The position numbers and the translations under genes were made by a program. Positions 50,682-58,879 of a DNA stretch of 64,000 nucleotides are shown piece by piece; positions within the stretch are counted from its first letter, which is position 1; each line of letters opens with the position of its first letter. A model generated the notes under the pieces. The model was given only the letters and a program-made list of their open reading frames with translations. It was not told the DNA's origin and made no database searches. The DNA comes from Promethearchaeota archaeon (GTDB taxonomy: Archaea; Asgardarchaeota; Lokiarchaeia; Sigyniarchaeales; SOKP01): positions 32,001-96,000 of the forward strand of contig JAHLWP010000003.1 in NCBI GenBank assembly GCA_019057865.1. The letters run 5' to 3'.

Positions 50682-50843
50682 ATGCATGATAAACAAAATG
50701 GTGATTCATATCCAACAATAGTAAAAACAAAAAAGAAAGGAATAATAGAGCGCAAACCTCCAAATGACAAAATTATTTTTTACAAATTCACCAAGACAGA
50801 AGAAGCAAATGAAACAAAAACAGAAGAAAATAATGGTACTTAA
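50682..50843 (+). CDS. small 53-aa ORF
   Basis: MHDKQNGDSYPTIVKTKKKGIIERKPPNDKIIFYKFTKTEEANETKTEENNGT; GGGAG upstream. Confidence 0.4.
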   Translation: MHDKQNGDSYPTIVKTKKKGIIERKPPNDKIIFYKFTKTEEANETKTEENNGT

Positions 50844-51009
50844 AAAAACTCGTAAATATAAATTCAAAATGGAATAAAGCTATATTTAAGCATTAAGGAT
50901 ATTAAAAAAAAGGGGAATTTATAAAATTAGACATACTTGTAACAATTTTTATATTAATATAAAAAAGAGATAATTACAATAGAAATTATAAAGAAATATA
51001 TTTAAAAAG

Positions 51010-52083
51010 GTGGATCCGAAATTGCTTTCTGATGTAGGTTGGCTTAATGTTATCTCAATAATGGGCATTTTTATATTTGGCTGCTCTTTTGGATTATACT
51101 TTATGTATCAAGGTAGAAAGACTAACGTTAAACTCCTTTTTTATATGGGTTTGGGTATCCTTTTTAATGGTCTTTGGTATTGGGGAAATTTTTGGGAGTC
51201 GTTATCAATTCTTATCACAGGTGAAAATTTTGATAATGTATCAGGTATAAATGTACCATATGAATTACAGGCTATTATGAGCTTTATTTGGGTACCTTTA
51301 ACAATAATTTTTGTTGTGTATGTAGGTGGTGAGCTCCTAATACCTAAAAGAAAATGGTACATTGTAGGGTTTATTATATTTTTAACACTTGTATGGGAAT
51401 TGTTTCTTTTTTTAGATCCATTAGGATCTATATCAATTTATGTTCCCACAGTACCAGGTGAAGATCTCGTTGATGAAGATTTTATTATTAATTCTCTTTT
51501 ATACTTCATTGGTTTCTTATTCTCACTTACGAGCTTACTATTTCTTGGAATTGGTTATTTAATTAAAAGCATTAAATCAACAGACATATTAAGAAAAAAA
51601 TATTTTTATTTAGCAATTGGCTTTATTTTAAATCCCATGTTTGGAATGATTGAGGGATCAGGTATTATTGGTGTTGGTCTATTTTTAGTAAGAATTGGTA
51701 TGTCTTTTACTTTTTTATTGTATTACTTGGGTTTAAGAGAAGAACCCGCTAAAATTAAAATAGTACCTACTGAAAAAGAAGTTAAAATTGAAGATTCAAT
51801 ATTTAGGATTGCTAAAAAACCTGCCCAAATAACTGAAGAAGAAGTTACTTATTATAGAGAGCAGAAAATATGTTTAGTATGTAAAGGTAAGGCAGGGGGT
51901 TTCAATACGTATATTTGTACTGGATGTGATGCTTTATACTGTGAAAACTGTGCACGCGCATTATCCAGTATGGAAAATGTTTGTTGGGCCTGTAATGAGC
52001 CAATTGACAAGGAAAAACCTTCAAAACCATTTAAGATTGAGGGAGAAGAAGCTAAAGTTAAGGAAAAAGACAAGAAAATCTAA
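51010..52083 (+). CDS. seven-TM protein with C-terminal C4C4 RING-type zinc finger
   Basis: 7 TMs then CLVC-x11-CTGC-x4-CENC-x10-CWAC; real start probably the TTG at 51022 after AGGTGG. Confidence 0.85.
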   Translation: MDPKLLSDVGWLNVISIMGIFIFGCSFGLYFMYQGRKTNVKLLFYMGLGILFNGLWYWGNFWESLSILITGENFDNVSGINVPYELQAIMSFIWVPLTIIFVVYVGGELLIPKRKWYIVGFIIFLTLVWELFLFLDPLGSISIYVPTVPGEDLVDEDFIINSLLYFIGFLFSLTSLLFLGIGYLIKSIKSTDILRKKYFYLAIGFILNPMFGMIEGSGIIGVGLFLVRIGMSFTFLLYYLGLREEPAKIKIVPTEKEVKIEDSIFRIAKKPAQITEEEVTYYREQKICLVCKGKAGGFNTYICTGCDALYCENCARALSSMENVCWACNEPIDKEKPSKPFKIEGEEAKVKEKDKKI

Positions 52084-52149
52084 AAAATTTTTTCATATTA
52101 AATTTAAATTGATCGTTCAAGATCTTCTTGAATATATATGATTTATTAA

Positions 52150-54765
52150 TTACCTTGTACTTTGTATAAATCTCTTATCTTTTTTTCGTTCTTTTTCCCA
52201 TTTTTTACGTTCTGAACGTAATTTAAAGAGATCCACATCTTTAAAAATCATGTTCTCTTCTTTAGGTGGTATTATTCTTTCAATACGCTCTTTTTCTGGT
52301 GTGTAAATGAGAGATTCTCCGAATTCAGCGATATTTACAAAGAAACAATAAGCATATATTGACCTCCGGGCATCAAAATGGGCTGCTTTAAAATCAGCTG
52401 TAACGGGAGTAAAGGCTGGATTGAACATTAAGTCTATTGGAGGTTCAAAATTCTTAAGTTCAACTCTGAGATCCATATCAAGAAAATCTCTACATATAGC
52501 TATTGCCATTCTACCAAATTCGGTATTACATATAATAGTTTGTCTTGGTACTGCTTCTGTCTTGATACCTTCTTTAAATCTTTTTCCTTTAAAATGTATA
52601 ATTGCTGGAATATGTTTTTCTTGCTCCCAAAGAATTCCATCTGGACTAAAAACTGCACTTATATTTTGCCTAGTTTCTTTATTGTGATATGATCCCGGGA
52701 TTATGTACATTTCATATAATTTGGCAAAATTAGATATATCCTCAAGAAATTTACCATAATTGAGGTCAATGGACATTTCTGGAAAAATGAGGATATTTAC
52801 ACTGCTAGCATGGGCTTTTTCTATCATATCCTTAATCTTAGATCTAATCACATCAATTTTGTCTTTACGGAGTCCTAACAAACCAGGAGTTTTTTCTTTA
52901 TAGAATTCTTTTAAATAATCCCCAGTACTAGATACTCCTATTTGAGCAATACCCACTCTACATTCTCTTCTTTGAATTTTTGGATACTCTTTTAATAAAT
53001 CTCTATAAATTAGTTTATATTTTCTATTTTTACCCCTTTTTTCCACTTCTTTTTTCGGAGTTGGTTGCGGAATTGATGGTACCAATAAATCTAAAGTATT
53101 TTTGGATATAGAAGGTTCGCTGATTGTACCTAATGCAGAAATTATTATTTTCTCTTCTTTCTCTATTAAATTCAAGCGATCTATGACTTCCTTTTCTCTA
53201 TCGTTATATCCTGCTTTACCAAATAGTTCAGCTGCAGATTTTAATACGCCAGATCCAATTTTTAAAAGTTTTTTCTTTTCTTCAAGATTTAATTCTTCAT
53301 CTGCTCTGATTATATACCAAGTAGCATCAAAATAAGTAGAAGTAGCAAGAGCCCAATTTGCCTCACTTTTAAACTCACCCTTTTGATACAAATTTGCAGC
53401 ATTTCTTAACATCATTTTAATTTTTGGATAAAATTCTGCCTTGATAGATGTGTCGCCTGCCTTATCAAATTTACAACCTAAACCTAATGCTTGACAAAAA
53501 GCAGAATTTCCTAAAGCTAATGACTTTAGTTTACTATTCGTGAAATGTTTACTAGCTTTAGTAAATAACTCTGCTGCTTCTGAATATCTTTCAGGGTCTT
53601 CATATTCTTCAGCACATTCCATAGCCTCCCATGCTCTACAAAGAAAAGAAATGGCAGTAAGTTCTTCTACATCTTGTTCGAATTCTACTCTTGAGCACAT
53701 GTCTTTAAATTGAGTAGCAGCACAAGAAAATTTTTCTGCAGCCGCAAGATGCTCACCTTTTCTTTCTAAAATTCTTGCTTTTTCTATTTGATCCCAAATA
53801 TCTACATAATCAACCTTCTCATATTCAGCTTTTTCTTCACTATAAAAGACAGGTTCTTCTTCTATTGTGAGGATATGTTTCTTTTCTATTTTATCTAAAA
53901 TAGAAATTTTTAGTATTTCTTTTATTATAAAAATTATTTTAGTTTTAGATTCCTCTTTAATTGCTGTAAAGCCAAAAGTTTTAATTCCAAGCGTTTCTTC
54001 TATTTTTTCAGGCTCAAATGCAACATCTTTCAAATCTTGAAAGTTTGCTAGAAGATAAAAGTCATTTTTCTTTACTTCAGGTTTTAATTCTGAGACTAAA
54101 GTCTTTGTTCGACCCAAATTACTTGCCGCTGAATTCGTAACAATAAGTACAACATCAACAGATTTTAATAAGTTTTTGTATAGATGCGGATTATAGGTCA
54201 GTTCTTCCATATTAATTTCTTGTATAATACATTGATGTATTCCCTTTAAATTATCTAAATTAATAGGTTTTTGAATAACCTCATTTAAATTATCATCAAT
54301 TTCCAAAATAGTGTCACCAGGAATTAAATCCATAATTGTTGTTTTTCCTACACCATCTTCTCCAGTTAATAAGATCCTAGGTGGAATAAATACATTTTCA
54401 TCCACAAAATCATCAAAATCTTCAAAAACACTAACATTTCCTGTCCAATTCTCTAAAAATGGTCTATATCTTATTATGAATTCATTTTTCATCAGTTCAA
54501 GTTTAGTTCTTGTTTCTTGTACAAAATCATCTTTATCAATTACAATAACAAAGATGCAATCAAATTCAAATGAGTAAGAATATATAAACTTAAAATTTCT
54601 AAAATTAAGGGCTTTTACTTCACCCCCTTTAATTTCTTTGGCAAAATCACTAATAGCTTTCAGAAATCCACTAATAACTGTTTCATCTATATCAATCTGC
54701 TCAAAAAAATTCTTAGAATAACAGAGAATTCCTCCTCTCGCAATAATGAAAATTTTTAATATCAT
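52150..54765 (-). CDS. longin + degenerate GTPase + helical repeat + carbon-nitrogen hydrolase (nitrilase) fusion
   Basis: first ~290 aa paralogous to the 49569 gene; TPR/SNAP-like helices; VGIAQI, IFPEMS, IIPGS, QEKH, IAICRD. Confidence 0.85.
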   Translation of the reverse strand: MILKIFIIARGGILCYSKNFFEQIDIDETVISGFLKAISDFAKEIKGGEVKALNFRNFKFIYSYSFEFDCIFVIVIDKDDFVQETRTKLELMKNEFIIRYRPFLENWTGNVSVFEDFDDFVDENVFIPPRILLTGEDGVGKTTIMDLIPGDTILEIDDNLNEVIQKPINLDNLKGIHQCIIQEINMEELTYNPHLYKNLLKSVDVVLIVTNSAASNLGRTKTLVSELKPEVKKNDFYLLANFQDLKDVAFEPEKIEETLGIKTFGFTAIKEESKTKIIFIIKEILKISILDKIEKKHILTIEEEPVFYSEEKAEYEKVDYVDIWDQIEKARILERKGEHLAAAEKFSCAATQFKDMCSRVEFEQDVEELTAISFLCRAWEAMECAEEYEDPERYSEAAELFTKASKHFTNSKLKSLALGNSAFCQALGLGCKFDKAGDTSIKAEFYPKIKMMLRNAANLYQKGEFKSEANWALATSTYFDATWYIIRADEELNLEEKKKLLKIGSGVLKSAAELFGKAGYNDREKEVIDRLNLIEKEEKIIISALGTISEPSISKNTLDLLVPSIPQPTPKKEVEKRGKNRKYKLIYRDLLKEYPKIQRRECRVGIAQIGVSSTGDYLKEFYKEKTPGLLGLRKDKIDVIRSKIKDMIEKAHASSVNILIFPEMSIDLNYGKFLEDISNFAKLYEMYIIPGSYHNKETRQNISAVFSPDGILWEQEKHIPAIIHFKGKRFKEGIKTEAVPRQTIICNTEFGRMAIAICRDFLDMDLRVELKNFEPPIDLMFNPAFTPVTADFKAAHFDARRSIYAYCFFVNIAEFGESLIYTPEKERIERIIPPKEENMIFKDVDLFKLRSERKKWEKERKKDKRFIQSTR

Positions 54766-54796
54766 AGCAGATCTCTATTTTTATCTATATTTTTAC

Positions 54797-54839
54797 TTAA
54801 TTTAATATTAGATAATAAGATTAATTAAGATAATTATGA
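54797..54839. repeat. 43-bp upstream element shared with 50578..50620
   Basis: TTAATTTAATattaGATAATAAGATTAATTAAgataATTATGA. Confidence 0.75.
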
Positions 54840-54866
54840 GAGTAATTATAAGGAAAATTAAATAAA

Positions 54867-55430
54867 TCAGCTTTTACCTTGCAATTCTAAGAATAATGCC
54901 TTATATTTATTATATAATTCTCTGATTATTACTTGAAAGGCCTGAGATACTCCTTCACCTGTTTTTGCTGATGTTCTATAATATTCAAGAAAATTTCCTT
55001 TTTTCATAATTTTTAAAATCTTTGTATCTACCAAATTCTCTTTATCAACTAAATCAACTTTATTAGCAAATACCACGATGGGAATATCACCACAAAATTT
55101 AAGAATATCATCATGCCAATTTGGTATATGCTTGAGACTATTTTTACCAAGATCATTTTCTTCAAGCGAATATACAATAATAGCTGCTTTGCTATCTCTA
55201 TAGAAGGAGGGTCGTAAGAAATGAAACTCATCTTGACCCGCAATATCCCAGAAAAAAAGCTCACAAAAGTCTCCATCTATTTCCATTTCATATATAGAAA
55301 ACTGTGCTCCAATAGTTTTGATGTATTCCTCTTGAAAATTACCTTCTGTAAATTTTTGTATTAAGGATGTTTTCCCTACTTGCCCATCTCCAATAACAGT
55401 TATTTTAAATACAAATTTTTGCCTTTTCAT
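54867..55430 (-). CDS. Rab-like small GTPase
   Basis: GDGQVGKTS, YIKTIG, WDIAGQ, ANKVD, TSAK; no C-terminal Cys. Confidence 0.93.
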   Translation of the reverse strand: MKRQKFVFKITVIGDGQVGKTSLIQKFTEGNFQEEYIKTIGAQFSIYEMEIDGDFCELFFWDIAGQDEFHFLRPSFYRDSKAAIIVYSLEENDLGKNSLKHIPNWHDDILKFCGDIPIVVFANKVDLVDKENLVDTKILKIMKKGNFLEYYRTSAKTGEGVSQAFQVIIRELYNKYKALFLELQGKS

Positions 55431-55635
55431 CTTTTAGCTAAATGTCTTTGGTAAATTCCAACTATATATAAATATCTTATTAATTTTTCATTATAGAATT
55501 TTTGATCAATTATAAATATCGAACTTTTCTTAATATAAAATTTGATATATGGATAAAAATTTAATAAAACTTTACATAATGATATTGTAATAATGAAAAA
55601 AGGAATATTAAGTTTTAAACTAAAAGGGAATAAGA

Positions 55636-56433
55636 ATGGTTAAAAGAACAGAAGATAGAATGGAAATATTATTTGGATTTTTTGGCACATTAGTCTCATT
55701 TATTTTATTGATTGCAGCAGTATTTCTTTCTCCTGGATATAATCCATTAATAGACGCTGTAAGTTCATTAGGAAAAAGAGAAGCAAAAACATTATTTAGT
55801 ATTAGTTTTGTTGTAGGAGGATCATTAAGTATTCCTTTTTTTATCTTTCTCGAACGAGAATTAATTAATATAAAGGAAAGTATTAGAAGGCTCGCAACAG
55901 GAGTATCAATATTTACATGCGTATGCATCGCGCTAGTAGGAATAATTCCAGATGAAACATATTGGGACATATTTCAAATATTTCACGGTTTTGTTGCTGT
56001 TGTTAGTTTTTCAGGATCATCAATATATATTGTACTTTATAGTATACTTATGTATAACGGGCCTAAATCAAAAATGTATAAAGGTCCAACATTTAAAAAA
56101 TATCATGCATATTTTGGCTTTAGCAACGGTGTTGTATTGATAATACTTTTAATTATGTTCCTTATAAAAACCCCCTTTACACCCTTTATAGAATGGATAT
56201 TGACAATTTTAATGTTTTCATGGATTCTAATTACAGCACTTCAATTAATATCATATAAATTTTTCAATATTCCTGGAGTTTATTATAAACGGGTTCAATA
56301 TCCTGAGGCTTTAAAATTGTTCGAAGATGCACTCCAGATTTTAAATAACCTTAATTTAAGTGATGAACCTATAACCCAGACTCTTAATGAAAATATAGAG
56401 TTCCTAAGAACACAATTAGAAAAAGAAAATTAG
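55636..56433 (+). CDS. DUF998/Frag1-like membrane protein with helical C-terminal tail
   Basis: PGYNPLIDAVSSLG, LVGIIP, FHGFVA, FIEW; five TMs. Confidence 0.75.
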   Translation: MVKRTEDRMEILFGFFGTLVSFILLIAAVFLSPGYNPLIDAVSSLGKREAKTLFSISFVVGGSLSIPFFIFLERELINIKESIRRLATGVSIFTCVCIALVGIIPDETYWDIFQIFHGFVAVVSFSGSSIYIVLYSILMYNGPKSKMYKGPTFKKYHAYFGFSNGVVLIILLIMFLIKTPFTPFIEWILTILMFSWILITALQLISYKFFNIPGVYYKRVQYPEALKLFEDALQILNNLNLSDEPITQTLNENIEFLRTQLEKEN

Positions 56434-56585
56434 CAACTTAGAAGGTTAAACTTGTCAAAATTCAGTAAATTAGACTTTCCAATTTTTGAAGTTTTATTTT
56501 TTATTAAAGAATTAAATTTAAAAGAAGAAGTATTTAGTTTCAAGAATTAGTATAATATTCTTAATTATTAATCCGTGAAATTATA

Positions 56586-57800
56586 TTGGGTAAGCAGAAA
56601 CCCTCTAAAATATATAAATTATATAAACAAAAGAAGATTAATCAGATAAGGTTAATCGAGGATCTATTAACCATCTGTGAGCATTCAGATTTGAAATCAG
56701 CAAAGCTAGAATGTTTAGAAATAATTGATTTAGAGGGAGGAAGAGTTGAAAGCATTTTTAAAAGTTTGGAGGAAATTGCATTATCTGATACTGATAAAGA
56801 TGTGAGAATAAAGGCAACAGAGTATATAATTAAGAATTTTCCTGAAAAGGGGCTCTCTTTAGTAAAGTATTTAATAGAACAAAGTATTTCACTCGAATTC
56901 GTAATAAAGTTATGTAAAGTTATAGGTGAGACTACATTCACTTTAAAGAAAGAGTTATCTAATGATTATTCCAATTATCTAAAACAAGTTTTATTAAAAA
57001 TTTTTGAACTTGAAGATACTTCTAGTTTTGATGTTTTATGGGGAGACTGGTTTAGAAATACATCACTTAATTTTTGGCAATTTATGTCTAAATTAGAGAA
57101 TCCAATTGGTTTTTTAGAAATTTTAGAATCTAATTTAGATAATGAGGAAATATTTTCATGGTTTTATAATTATTTATTTACGCAATTTAATATAACTCAC
57201 TGGATCTTTTTCCTTAGTAATCCTAAATTTTCAGGTCATTTATTCAATATTATAAAATATTTAGAGGAAGATAATCCTCCACAGCGATTTTTTCAAATGA
57301 TTGAATTTTTTATGAATATTGGGAAAGTCCTAACTAATGACCAACAAGATAGAATCTTAGAAATCTTAAGAAAAAACAATTTATTTGATTTAGCGATTTT
57401 ATTGGTTTTTAACTGGTTTGAACATTTCGAGAAGGAAAAATTAAGAGATTTGATTAAAGATCCCAACTACAATCTTAATGTAAAATTAAGTGAAATTATT
57501 AAAAGGTCTAGGTTTGGTTTTCTTACACATGATAATTTTATTTATTCTTTAATTAGAATTCTTTACAGAATTTATGAAGAATTTGACAAAATTTATCTAA
57601 ATCAAATATTTGATCATTTTGACCTTGAATTTAGAGAAATATTTCTCTCCAAATTATTTGAAATAGCAAATTCATCAGAGAATGATCATTTATCTCTTAA
57701 AATGAGATACCATAAGAATTACAGGATTTTAACTTATAAACTTCTAAAATATTTATTAGAGCATTATGATCTAAAAAAGAATTTATACAATCAATTATGA
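56586..57800 (+). CDS. helical (HEAT-like N-terminus) hypothetical protein
   Basis: LEEIALSDTDKDVRIKATEYI is a HEAT-like repeat. Confidence 0.65.
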   Translation: MGKQKPSKIYKLYKQKKINQIRLIEDLLTICEHSDLKSAKLECLEIIDLEGGRVESIFKSLEEIALSDTDKDVRIKATEYIIKNFPEKGLSLVKYLIEQSISLEFVIKLCKVIGETTFTLKKELSNDYSNYLKQVLLKIFELEDTSSFDVLWGDWFRNTSLNFWQFMSKLENPIGFLEILESNLDNEEIFSWFYNYLFTQFNITHWIFFLSNPKFSGHLFNIIKYLEEDNPPQRFFQMIEFFMNIGKVLTNDQQDRILEILRKNNLFDLAILLVFNWFEHFEKEKLRDLIKDPNYNLNVKLSEIIKRSRFGFLTHDNFIYSLIRILYRIYEEFDKIYLNQIFDHFDLEFREIFLSKLFEIANSSENDHLSLKMRYHKNYRILTYKLLKYLLEHYDLKKNLYNQL

Positions 57801-57825
57801 AGACACTTATTGTTAGGTGAATTAA

Positions 57826-58803
57826 TTGCTAGGTGAATTAATAGCTATTTTAGCGTGTCTCACTTTTGTTACTTCTAGTGTTTTATTTAGAAAAACAGAA
57901 CATGAAGCTTCTCCGGCTTTTATTAATGTAGTTCGGACAGCAATAGGAACTCTTACATTTATTATAGTAGCATTAATATTTGGAATATTATCTGAAATTT
58001 TTTCACTACCATGGGGATTATGGGTTATTCTCATAGTAAGTTTTATTTTTGGACAAGTAATAGGAGATACATCATATTTTTCTGCTCAAAAAGATTTAGG
58101 AGTTACTATAACGTTAGCACTTGCTATGACTTTCCCTCTTTTTACTTTCATTTTATCAATGGCGTTTCTTAATCAACCTTTTGACTTTAGATTTATTATT
58201 TCTACTATTTTAGTTGGAATCGGAGTAATTATAATTGGAAAATGCAAAATTCCTATTAATAATACTAACTCATTAAACAGTAATCAAGAGGATATTAATG
58301 AAACAAACATAAATATAAAACCTAAATCATTAATTATGTTTAAAGCAATCTTTTTCGCTCTAATTGCCTCTCTTGGTTGGGCAATTGGCGCTGTGTTAAT
58401 TGACTTCGCAACTAATGAAATTGATCGAATATTAGACACAGAGAGTTTAAGCTCAATAATAGGGAATGTAATTCGGTTTCCCTTTGCATTATTGATATTA
58501 CTTTCATTTGTTTGGAGAGAAGAATATCTTTATTCAAAATCAAATTCTTCACCAAAGAAAAAGAGGTCTTCCCAAACATGGATTTGGTTGATTCTTGCCT
58601 CTATTATTGGGACCTCAATAGGAGCCTATTTATATACAGAAGCAATACGCCTAGCTGGAGCCTCCCTAATGTCTTTAATAGCAATCGCAACTCCCTTGTT
58701 CTCACTTCCACTTACTTATTTTGTAAATCACGAAAAGATCTCTAAGCAAGGTTTCTTAGGGGTAATACTTACAATTATTGGAGTAATACTAATTTTAATC
58801 TAA
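57826..58803 (+). CDS. DMT/EamA family transporter
   Basis: two repeats of five TMs; FPLFT and TPLFS motifs. Confidence 0.9.
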   Translation: MLGELIAILACLTFVTSSVLFRKTEHEASPAFINVVRTAIGTLTFIIVALIFGILSEIFSLPWGLWVILIVSFIFGQVIGDTSYFSAQKDLGVTITLALAMTFPLFTFILSMAFLNQPFDFRFIISTILVGIGVIIIGKCKIPINNTNSLNSNQEDINETNINIKPKSLIMFKAIFFALIASLGWAIGAVLIDFATNEIDRILDTESLSSIIGNVIRFPFALLILLSFVWREEYLYSKSNSSPKKKRSSQTWIWLILASIIGTSIGAYLYTEAIRLAGASLMSLIAIATPLFSLPLTYFVNHEKISKQGFLGVILTIIGVILILI

Positions 58804-58879
58804 AATAGATAGAATAATAGCATTAATCTCTATTAATAGAAATGAGGGAAAAAAAGAAAAAAAATATTTAAAATTAAAT

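Noticed and set aside
39994-52083. Calling the 7TM proteins GPCRs or rhodopsins
   Set aside because: Only TM count and topology match; there are no DRY/NPxxY motifs and no retinal-binding Lys motif in TM7
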